Origin: an uncultured bacterium
Lineage (GTDB): Bacteria; Nitrospirota; Thermodesulfovibrionia; Thermodesulfovibrionales; JdFR-86
Assembly: GCA_965372535.1 (NCBI GenBank)
Contig: CBDVCR010000084.1
Coordinates: 1-13,413 of the forward strand
Direction of reading: 5' to 3'
DNA length: 13,413 bases
In this document: one piece after another, positions 1-6,737 of the stretch
Layout: each line of letters starts with the position of its first letter
Position numbering within the stretch: position 1 is the first letter of the stretch
Translations under genes and position numbers: made by a program
Notes under the pieces: model-generated
What the model was told of the DNA's origin: nothing
The model's database searches: none
Seen by the model: only the letters and a program-made list of their open reading frames with translations

Positions 1-137
1 TCTGGGAGTACAGGGCCAGTGCTTAGGGTTTTACCCATAAATTTGTCGCGCACCCGCTTGCCGTTAAGTGGAACCGAATTTATGGGCATCTTTACGATGG
101 TTGAAGCGGAACTCCATTTAAACCAGGGAATTTTCAT
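1..137 (-). CDS. Possible N-terminal part of an unidentified protein running off the left edge (MKIPWFKWSSASTIVKMPINSVPLNGKRVRDKFMGKTLSTGPVLP...)
   Basis: Open minus-strand frame from an ATG (complement of cat at about 135-137) to the window edge with no stop. It is too short for the ORF track. No recognisable family and no strong Shine-Dalgarno. Confidence 0.25.
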   Translation of the reverse strand, partial: MKIPWFKWSSASTIVKMPINSVPLNGKRVRDKFMGKTLSTGPVLP

Positions 138-211
138 GCAGGCCATAACTTCAGACTTGCAGTTAAGAATAATTACTACTTTAGCCATATTATAATTTCA
201 TAAGTATTGCC

Positions 212-240
212 TTGACATTTTACTGAAATAAGTGAACAAT
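212..240 (+). promoter_or_regulatory. Putative sigma70-type promoter upstream of the H-NOX gene
   Basis: Perfect -35 TTGACA (212-217), 17-nt spacer, AACAAT (235-240) as a 4/6 match to -10. Confidence 0.45.
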
Positions 241-246
241 ATTTCA
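224..246. promoter_or_regulatory. Operator-like inverted repeat TGAAATA-N9-TATTTCA overlapping the putative -10
   Basis: Perfect 7-nt arms at 224-230 and 240-246 around agtgaacaa. Confidence 0.35.
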
Positions 247-414
247 ATTGATTCGTGGCACAAAAAAAATGACGTATAATGCCGGGGGTTCCAATGATAA
301 CAAGGCGGGATATTTATTAAGGCAAGGCACCGCATGGATTGAATATATAAGAATATGCGGGGGGGAGCCGCATATTTTATGGGGCTGATTATCAATGAGG
401 AGGACGAGGAGAAA

Positions 415-933
415 ATGAAAGGCGTGATTGCACTGTGTTTGAAGGACTTGGTCTGCAACAATTACGGCAAGGACAGGTGGGAGAAGGTCATGGAGACCGC
501 GGGCCTGAAAAAAAACATGTTGATATTGCCCAACTCGGACGTGGAAGACTCGACCGTTATGGCAATGGTGGAGGCCGTGTGCAAGGAACTCGGCATATCT
601 CCTGCGCAGGCCGCCGATGCATTTGGAGATTACTGGGTAAACAACTACTCCCAGCAATTGTACAGCGGTTTTTACAAGGGGAAAACGGCCAAGGAGTTTC
701 TGCTCAACATGGACAACGTCCATGTCAGGATGACCAAGCAGATGGAAAAATCCAATCCGCCCCGCTTCGAGTTTGAGCAGAAGGGCGAAAACACTTTGAT
801 AATGCATTACAGCTCGCACCGGGGGCTGATAGATTTTCTCATTGGGATTGTCAAGGGAGTGGGGAAATACTATAACCAACCCATGCTGGTTACAAAATTG
901 GACAACAAAAGGGTACAGATAATTTTCCAGTAA
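415..933 (+). CDS. Stand-alone H-NOX (heme NO/O2-binding) domain protein
   Basis: MKGVIALCLKDLVCNNYG N-terminus, proximal His in the context MDNVHVRMTK...NPPRF, and heme-carboxylate motif YxSxR present as YSSHR. The start at 415 is preferred over the ORF-track start at 355 because H-NOX domains begin MKG and a GAGG/GGAG-rich Shine-Dalgarno lies just upstream. Confidence 0.9.
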   Translation: MKGVIALCLKDLVCNNYGKDRWEKVMETAGLKKNMLILPNSDVEDSTVMAMVEAVCKELGISPAQAADAFGDYWVNNYSQQLYSGFYKGKTAKEFLLNMDNVHVRMTKQMEKSNPPRFEFEQKGENTLIMHYSSHRGLIDFLIGIVKGVGKYYNQPMLVTKLDNKRVQIIFQ

Positions 934-956
934 GCGCGGTCTGCAAATCAACGGCG

Positions 957-991
957 GGCCGGCGCCCCGTCTCGCGGGCGGGGCGCCGGCC
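957..991. terminator. Strong GC hairpin between the convergent H-NOX and rdgB genes (possible terminator)
   Basis: GGCCGGCGCCCCG (957-969) pairs with CGGGGCGCCGGCC (979-991), a perfect 13-bp stem with a 9-nt loop. Only a poor T-tract follows (ttgctcc). Confidence 0.5.
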
Positions 992-1058
992 TTGCTCCGG
1001 CAAGTTCGTTGCGTGTAGATTCACACGGCGTTTAAAGGCGGGGGAGGCTAAGAGAGGT

Positions 1059-1664
1059 CTAAGAAGCCGCCGCGCCTTCTCTGCCCCCCAGGTACTCCCT
1101 CAGCCTTTGAAGCGCCCTTCCCCGGTGGCTCATGGAGTCCTTCTCCCCGGGGCTCATCTGGGCGAAGGTACGCTCGTGCCCCTCGGGGTGGAACACGGGG
1201 TCAAAGCCGAAGCCCGACTCCCCTTTCGGGCTCAATCCGATGCGGCCCTCGACCCTGCCCTGGAAGGTCTCCTCCGTGCCGTCCGGGCCCACGAGGGCCA
1301 TCACGCAGGCAAAGGCCGCCCCCCTGTTTTCCGGTGGGGTGTCGCCCAATTCCTTGAGGAGCTTGTGCAGGTTGTCATGGTCCGTGGCGGTCTCGCCGGC
1401 GTACCGCGCTGAGCGCACCCCCGGCGCTCCGCCCAGGGCGTAGACCTCAAGGCCGGAGTCGTCGGCGAGGGTGAGCCGTCCGGTGAATTCCGAGACCGCG
1501 CGGGCCTTTTTGAGGGCGTTTCCGCGGAAGGTCTCCTCCGTTTCTTCGGCCTCCGGGCAGCCGGGAAACTCCTCGACGCCGGCAAGGGTGACGTCAAGCC
1601 CGTCGAGGATGCGCCGTATCTCCTCGAACTTCTTCCTGTTCCTTGTCGCCACGACTATTTCCAT
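1059..1664 (-). CDS. rdgB: XTP/dITP diphosphatase (RdgB/HAM1 family non-canonical purine NTP pyrophosphatase)
   Basis: MEIVVATRNRKKFEEI..., LTLADDSGLEVYALGGAPGVRSARYAG, GFGFDPVF and SHRGRAL signatures. Start trimmed from the ORF-track 1805 to the canonical MEIVVATRN. Confidence 0.93.
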   Translation of the reverse strand: MEIVVATRNRKKFEEIRRILDGLDVTLAGVEEFPGCPEAEETEETFRGNALKKARAVSEFTGRLTLADDSGLEVYALGGAPGVRSARYAGETATDHDNLHKLLKELGDTPPENRGAAFACVMALVGPDGTEETFQGRVEGRIGLSPKGESGFGFDPVFHPEGHERTFAQMSPGEKDSMSHRGRALQRLREYLGGREGAAAS

Positions 1665-1784
1665 AACGTTTAACGGTCCCGGGACCGGACTTTTACGATA
1701 CAAGAGCGCGCCCACCCCGGTCAACGCCCGCCCCGCTCGATGCGGCCGGCTGCTGCAACCGGCGTTTCGGGCCGGCCATATCAA

Positions 1785-1814
1785 TTGAAAATATCCGTGG
1801 CGCAATGTTATTAT
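1785..1814 (+). promoter_or_regulatory. Putative sigma70 promoter for the RDD-mre operon
   Basis: TTGAAA (1785-1790), 18-nt spacer, TATTAT (1809-1814) with an upstream TGT (extended -10-like). The candidate start codon lies about 9 nt downstream of the -10. Confidence 0.5.
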
Positions 1815-1822
1815 TTTCCTAA

Positions 1823-2236
1823 ATGGTTAAAAGCGCCGGCCTTCTTTTGAGAGCAGTATCCAAGGGGATTGATTTCGTCATTATCATGGCGGCCGCCGAG
1901 ACCCTTCCAGGGGCCGGCTTGCTCGCCGGTTTCGGCTACCTGCTGATAAGCGACGGGTTGATGGGCGGAAGGAGCGTCGGCAAGCGCCTTACGGGCCTGC
2001 GCGTTCTGGGAGGTTCCGGGGCACCCTGTTCCATAAAGGAATCCATACTTCGCAACAGCCCCCTGGCCGTCGGGCTGGCGCTCTGGAAAGTGCCGCTCAT
2101 CGGCTGGCTGCTTGCGCCGGCCGCCATAGCGCTTGAGTGCATACTGCTCATCGGAAGCAGCGACAACAAACGCCTCGGGGACGAAATGGCAAAGACCTCG
2201 GTGGTCGTAGCCGCCGGGGCCGCGGAGGAGATCTGA
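1823..2236 (+). CDS. RDD family small membrane protein
   Basis: RAVSKGIDFVIIM (R..D), YLLISDGLMGGRSVGKRLTGLRVLG (D...G.S.GK), and a second hydrophobic segment followed by a small C-terminal domain. Confidence 0.75.
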   Translation: MVKSAGLLLRAVSKGIDFVIIMAAAETLPGAGLLAGFGYLLISDGLMGGRSVGKRLTGLRVLGGSGAPCSIKESILRNSPLAVGLALWKVPLIGWLLAPAAIALECILLIGSSDNKRLGDEMAKTSVVVAAGAAEEI

Positions 2237-3267
2237 TGTTTCCTTTCAATATAATGGGATGGTTCTCAAACGACCTCGCCATCGACCTCGGCACCGCCAA
2301 CACGCTGGTCTACGTGAGGAACAGGGGCATAGTCTGTAACGAGCCCTCCGTGGTGGTATTGCGGAGCGACAACAAAAAACCCGTCGCCGTGGGCTCGGAG
2401 GCCAAGAAGATGTTCGGCAAGACCCCCGCGAGCATCATCGCCATCAGGCCCATGAAGGACGGCGTCATAGCCGACTTCGACGCCACCGGGGAGATGCTCA
2501 AGTACTTCATCAAGAAGGTCCACAACCGGCGGAGCTTCGTCTCGCCGAGGGTGATAATCGGGGTGCCCACGGCCATCACGCAGGTGGAACAGCGGGCCGT
2601 AAAGGACGCCGCGCAGGCCTCGGGCGCAAGGGAGGTCTATCTTATCGAGGAGCCCATGGCCGCCGCGGTGGGCGTAGGGCTTCCGATAGGCGAGCCCTAC
2701 GGAAGCATGATAGTGGACATCGGCGGCGGGACCACGGACATCGCGGTCATTTCCCTCGAAGGCGTGGTCTACAGCAAGGCGGCCCGAGTGGGCGGCGACA
2801 AGATGGACGAGAACATCATGGCCTACGTCAAGCGCAAATACAACCTCATGATAGGCGACAGGAGCGCCGAGCAGATAAAAATCGAATTGGGCTCCGCGAC
2901 TGTCAACTCCAGCGCCCCGCAAAAGACCATGGACATAAAGGGCCGGGACCTCGTCTCCGGCATACCAAAGACCATCAACATAAGCGAGGATGAGATACGG
3001 GAGGCCCTGAGCGAGCCGATAAACATCATCCTGGACACCATACGGGTTGCCCTTGAAAACACCCCGCCGGAGCTGGCGGCGGACATCGTGGACAGGGGGA
3101 TTGTGCTTGCAGGGGGCGGCGCGCTCCTGAAGGGCCTTGACACGCTCATCTCGGAGACCACCGACCTACCCGTGGTGGTGGCCGAAGACCCCCTCACGGC
3201 GGTGGTAAGGGGCGTGGGCAAGATGCTCGACGACCTGCACCTTCTGAGGAGAGTAGCCCTCCATTAA
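2236..3267 (+). CDS. mreB: Rod shape-determining protein MreB
   Basis: NDLAIDLGTANTLVYV, EPMAAAVGVGLPIGEPYGSMIVDIGGGTTDIAVISL, LAGGGALLKGLD. Start at 2236 (MFPFNIMGWF) after GGAGGAG and overlapping the RDD stop by 1 nt. The ORF-track start at 2137 is an upstream extension inside the RDD gene. Confidence 0.97.
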   Translation: MFPFNIMGWFSNDLAIDLGTANTLVYVRNRGIVCNEPSVVVLRSDNKKPVAVGSEAKKMFGKTPASIIAIRPMKDGVIADFDATGEMLKYFIKKVHNRRSFVSPRVIIGVPTAITQVEQRAVKDAAQASGAREVYLIEEPMAAAVGVGLPIGEPYGSMIVDIGGGTTDIAVISLEGVVYSKAARVGGDKMDENIMAYVKRKYNLMIGDRSAEQIKIELGSATVNSSAPQKTMDIKGRDLVSGIPKTINISEDEIREALSEPINIILDTIRVALENTPPELAADIVDRGIVLAGGGALLKGLDTLISETTDLPVVVAEDPLTAVVRGVGKMLDDLHLLRRVALH

Positions 3268-4049
3268 TGCTGAGCAGGCACTTCCGCCTTTTCCTCTCGC
3301 TGGTCGCGGCCTCCATGCTGCTGATGACATACCAGAGCAGGACGGGACCGCTCGGCCTCTTCCGGTTCCTGTCCTATTCCCTTAACAATGTAAACGCGCT
3401 CATAGAGTCCCTGGGGGCCGGGGCCGGGGACGCCTTCCGTAAGGTCACCCTCGACGACGCGGAATTGAAAACGCTCAGGAAGGAAGTGCGCGGCCTGAGG
3501 CTCGACGCCCTGATGCACAGGAAAGCGCTCATCGAGAACGCGCGCCTCAGGGGGGCCCTCGCGCTCAAGGAGAGCGAGCCGCGCCACGTCGCCACCGCCA
3601 GGGTCGTCTCCCGCGGCAGCGGCAGGTGGACCAACACGTTCGTAATCGACAAGGGCGAGGACGACCTCGTAAAAAAGGACATGGCCGCCATAACGCCCGC
3701 GGGGCTGCTGGGAAAAGTCATCGAGGCGCAGGCTTCTTTCTCTAAAATTCTCCTCATAGACGATTCCCTTTTTTCGGTGGCCGTGAGGCTTGAGGAGGAA
3801 AGGGTGGAGGGAGTGCTGAGCGGAGAGGGACGGGAGCGGTGCCGCTTGAAATATATCGGCGTGGACACGGAGGTCGCCAGGGGGGACGTGCTCATCACCT
3901 CCGGGCTCGACGGCCTCTTCCCGCCCGACATACCCGTTGGGTACGTCTCTAAAGTCTCCACCACGGAGAAGGAGCTTTTCCACGACATAGAGGCAGTGCC
4001 CTTCGTGGACTCCGGCAGGGTCGAGGAGGTGGCCATAATAAGCAGATGA
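3267..4049 (+). CDS. mreC: Rod shape-determining protein MreC
   Basis: N-terminal TM segment, coiled-coil-like region, then core VATARVVSR...WTNTFVIDKG...DVLITSGLDGLFPPDIPVGYV typical of MreC. Lies directly after mreB. Confidence 0.92.
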   Translation: MLSRHFRLFLSLVAASMLLMTYQSRTGPLGLFRFLSYSLNNVNALIESLGAGAGDAFRKVTLDDAELKTLRKEVRGLRLDALMHRKALIENARLRGALALKESEPRHVATARVVSRGSGRWTNTFVIDKGEDDLVKKDMAAITPAGLLGKVIEAQASFSKILLIDDSLFSVAVRLEEERVEGVLSGEGRERCRLKYIGVDTEVARGDVLITSGLDGLFPPDIPVGYVSKVSTTEKELFHDIEAVPFVDSGRVEEVAIISR

Positions 4050-4504
4050 AAAAATCGGTCGTCCTGTTTTCAGCCCTCCTTGCCCTGGCAATCGTCATCG
4101 AGGCGAGGGTGCAGGTGGCGGGCATAAGCCCCAACCTGACCGTGCTCTTCGCCTACTATGTGGGGCTGAGGCACGGCCCAAGGAGCGGGCTTCTCTCCGG
4201 CGCGGCCCTCGGGGTCGTGGCGGACAGCCTCGCGGGGAGCGTAATCGGGCCGAACCTGCTCGGCAAGTCCACTGCCGGGTACCTTGCGCCCCTTCTGAAC
4301 AGGGGCTTTTTTACCTGGACCCCGGTGCTCGGCCTCCTGGGCGTGTTCGTCCTGACCGCGTGCGACGGCGTGGTCTCCTACGCCTCCATGTCCCTGTTCT
4401 TCCGGCCCCCTGCGAGCATGTCGAGCGCGGCCGTCACAATCTTATGGCAGGCGGCCCTCAACTCCCTGTTCGGAGTTTTTATCAGGCCGGAAGATGAGGA
4501 CTGA
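4046..4504 (+). CDS. mreD: Rod shape-determining protein MreD
   Basis: Small hydrophobic protein between mreC and PBP2 with MreD-like ISPNLTVLFAYYVGLRHGPRSGLLSGAALGVVADS. Start overlaps the mreC stop (ATGA). Confidence 0.85.
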   Translation: MKKSVVLFSALLALAIVIEARVQVAGISPNLTVLFAYYVGLRHGPRSGLLSGAALGVVADSLAGSVIGPNLLGKSTAGYLAPLLNRGFFTWTPVLGLLGVFVLTACDGVVSYASMSLFFRPPASMSSAAVTILWQAALNSLFGVFIRPEDED

Positions 4505-6737
4505 ACACAGCGTTAAAACGGGCGTCTTCGCCCTGCTTGCCCTCACGATGTTCCTGGTGCTGGCGGTCAGGCTTTTCGATCTCCAGGTGCTTGAGGGCGG
4601 GGGGTATGAACGGCTCTCCATGGAAAACCGCCTGCGCATGGAAATGGTCCCCTCCCCGAGGGGCATCATATTCGACAGAAACGGCGAGCCACTGGTAAAA
4701 AACGCCCCTTTCTTCTCCATCGCCCTTCAGCAGGAGATGCTCGGCAAGGCGGACATCCCGGCAATTGCCGAATACCTTTCCATGGACTCCGGGGAGATTT
4801 ACGACAGGATAAGGAACGAGAAAAACCCTTTCTCGCCCGTCAAGCTCAAGGAAGGCCTCAGCTTCGAGGAAGTCGCCAGAGCCGAGGCGAGGCTTTCGGA
4901 CTACCCCGGCCTCGCCATACACGTGGAGCAGACGAGGCACTACCCCTACGGAGAGACGGGCGCCCACCTGGTGGGCTACCTCGGAAGGCTGACCCCCCGG
5001 CAGCTAAAGCGCGCGAACTTCAAGGGAGTCCCCCGCCAGGCATTCATAGGCCAGTGGGGGGTGGAGAAGCTCTTCGACGGCTTCCTCAGGGGGAAGCCGG
5101 GCAGCAGGGCGATTGAGGCCGACGCCCTGGGCAGGCGGCTGAGGCTTATCAAGGAGGTGCCCCCGGAGCATGGAAACGACCTCTACCTGAGCATCGACAT
5201 AAACCTCCAGAGGGCCGCCGAGGAGGCATTCGGCGACCGCGTGGGAGCGCTTGTGGCGCTCAGGCCCGGAACCGGCGAGGTCCTGGCCCTCGCAAGCAGG
5301 CCCTCCTTCGACCCGAACCTCTTCTCCAGGGGGATACACTACGAACACTGGCTGCTGCTTTCGCAGGACAAGAGGTACCCCCTGCTTAACCGGGCGCTCC
5401 AGAGCCAGTATCCGCCCGGCTCCACCTTCAAGATAATCACCGCCATAGCGGCGCTCGAAGAGGAGGCCGTAACCCCGGGGACCAGATCAAGGTGCACCGG
5501 GAGGTTGAGAAAGGGCAGGTGGAACTTCGGGTGCTGGAAGTCCGGGGGCCACGGCGCCCTGTCGCTTTACGGGGCCATCGTGGAGTCGTGCGACGTGTAT
5601 TTTTACCGGGCAGGCGAGGCCGCGGGCATCGACAACATCGCCAAATACGCAAGGCGGTTCGGCTTTGGGTCCGCGAGCGGCCTCGGCCTGGTCAGGGAAA
5701 AAAAGGGACTCATCCCGGACACGGAATGGAAACAGAGGGTGAAGAACGAACCCTGGTTTCCGGGCGAGACCTATAACGCGGCCATCGGCCAGGGATTCGT
5801 GCTTGCCACGCCGGTGCAGCTTGCCCGGATGACAGCGGCCGTTGCAAACGGCGGCTACCTCCCCGAACTCAGGCTCACGCGCGTTGAGGAGGAGCCCGGG
5901 CCACCCTCGAAAATCGAGGTGGGCGGGGAGACGCTGAAAAAGATAAAGAAGGCCATGCGCGTTGAAGAGGAGCCCGGGCCACCCTCGAAAATCGAGGTGA
6001 GCGGGGAGACGCTGGAAAGGATAAAGAGGGCCATGCGGGGAGTGGTGGCCGACAAAAAGGGCACGGCCCACTGGACGGCGAAATCCGGAACCGTCGAAAT
6101 CGCCGGAAAAACAGGCACTGCACAGGTAATCTCCCTCGATAAAAACCGGAGGAAAGCGAAGGACACGCCCTATGAGTTCAGGGACCATGCATGGTTCGTG
6201 GCCTTCGCCCCGGTGGAAGAGCCTGAAATAGCCGTGGCGGTCTTTGTCGAGCACGGCGGCCACGGCAGTTCGGCAGCGGCCCCCATCGCAAAAAAGGCCA
6301 TAGAGACGTATATGGAGAGCCTGAAAGCCCGAACCCTTCCGCTCGAACCGGCTGAGCTTAAACCGGAGACCGCCGTGAAAAAACCCGGGCCCGTCAGGCT
6401 TAAACCCGCAACCACCAAGCGGAAACCCGAACCGGTTGTGAAAAAGCCCGAACCCGCCGAGGTGAGGCCCGAACCCGTTGAATTAAAGCCCGAACCGGTT
6501 GAGCTTAAACCCGAACCGGTTGAGCTTAAACCCGAACCGGTTGAGCTTAAACCCGAACCCGTTGAATTAAAACCCGAACCCGTTGAATTAAAACTCGAAC
6601 CCGTTGAATTAAAACCCGAACCCGCCGAGTTGAAGCCCGAACCGGTTGAGGTGAAGCCGGAGCCTGCCGGGCCGGAACCCGAAGCAGGGGAGGGGACACT
6701 GACGGCGCCGGATGAGGATGCCTTGGATGAGGATTGA
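4494..6737 (+). CDS. mrdA: Penicillin-binding protein 2 (peptidoglycan D,D-transpeptidase) with an internal duplication and a repetitive K/P/E-rich C-terminal tail
   Basis: VPSPRGIIFDRNGEPLVKN, YPPGSTFKI (SxxK), ESCDVYFY (SxN-equivalent SCD) and GKTGTAQ (KTG), within the mreBCD-mrdA-rodA order. Confidence 0.95.
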   Translation: MRTEHSVKTGVFALLALTMFLVLAVRLFDLQVLEGGGYERLSMENRLRMEMVPSPRGIIFDRNGEPLVKNAPFFSIALQQEMLGKADIPAIAEYLSMDSGEIYDRIRNEKNPFSPVKLKEGLSFEEVARAEARLSDYPGLAIHVEQTRHYPYGETGAHLVGYLGRLTPRQLKRANFKGVPRQAFIGQWGVEKLFDGFLRGKPGSRAIEADALGRRLRLIKEVPPEHGNDLYLSIDINLQRAAEEAFGDRVGALVALRPGTGEVLALASRPSFDPNLFSRGIHYEHWLLLSQDKRYPLLNRALQSQYPPGSTFKIITAIAALEEEAVTPGTRSRCTGRLRKGRWNFGCWKSGGHGALSLYGAIVESCDVYFYRAGEAAGIDNIAKYARRFGFGSASGLGLVREKKGLIPDTEWKQRVKNEPWFPGETYNAAIGQGFVLATPVQLARMTAAVANGGYLPELRLTRVEEEPGPPSKIEVGGETLKKIKKAMRVEEEPGPPSKIEVSGETLERIKRAMRGVVADKKGTAHWTAKSGTVEIAGKTGTAQVISLDKNRRKAKDTPYEFRDHAWFVAFAPVEEPEIAVAVFVEHGGHGSSAAAPIAKKAIETYMESLKARTLPLEPAELKPETAVKKPGPVRLKPATTKRKPEPVVKKPEPAEVRPEPVELKPEPVELKPEPVELKPEPVELKPEPVELKPEPVELKLEPVELKPEPAELKPEPVEVKPEPAGPEPEAGEGTLTAPDEDALDED
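5880..6035 (+). repeat. In-frame tandem duplication, 2 x 78 nt (26 aa each), inside the PBP2 transpeptidase domain
   Basis: RVEEEPGPPSKIEVGGETLKKIKKAM (5880-5957) is followed immediately by RVEEEPGPPSKIEVSGETLERIKRAM (5958-6035). The nucleotide copies differ at about 5 positions. Confidence 0.95.
6444..6671 (+). repeat. 21-nt tandem repeat encoding KPEPVEL-type heptads in the PBP2 C-terminus
   Basis: Ten heptad units: KPEPAEV, RPEPVEL, 5 x KPEPVEL, KLEPVEL, KPEPAEL, KPEPVEV, then partial KPEPAG. A degenerate K/P-rich stretch lies upstream. Confidence 0.95.

Noticed and set aside
34-86. 10-nt inverted repeat CCCATAAATT ... AATTTATGGG with a 33-nt spacer
   Set aside because: Only one copy, no integrase or target-site features, long spacer, and it falls inside a possible coding frame; insufficient evidence for an IS end or att site.
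256-261. TGGCAC as a possible sigma54 -24 element
   Set aside because: The expected downstream TTGCW at -12 is absent (poly-A then ATGAC follows).
244-951. 235-aa minus-strand ORF covering the H-NOX gene
   Set aside because: Antisense of a gene with diagnostic H-NOX motifs; no domain signature.
1301-1597. Small ORFs on both strands within rdgB (e.g. 1301-1597 minus, 1107-1412 plus)
   Set aside because: Alternate frames of a clear rdgB with no supporting features.
3264-4091. 275-aa minus-strand ORF opposite mreC
   Set aside because: Spurious antisense frame over a confident mreC.
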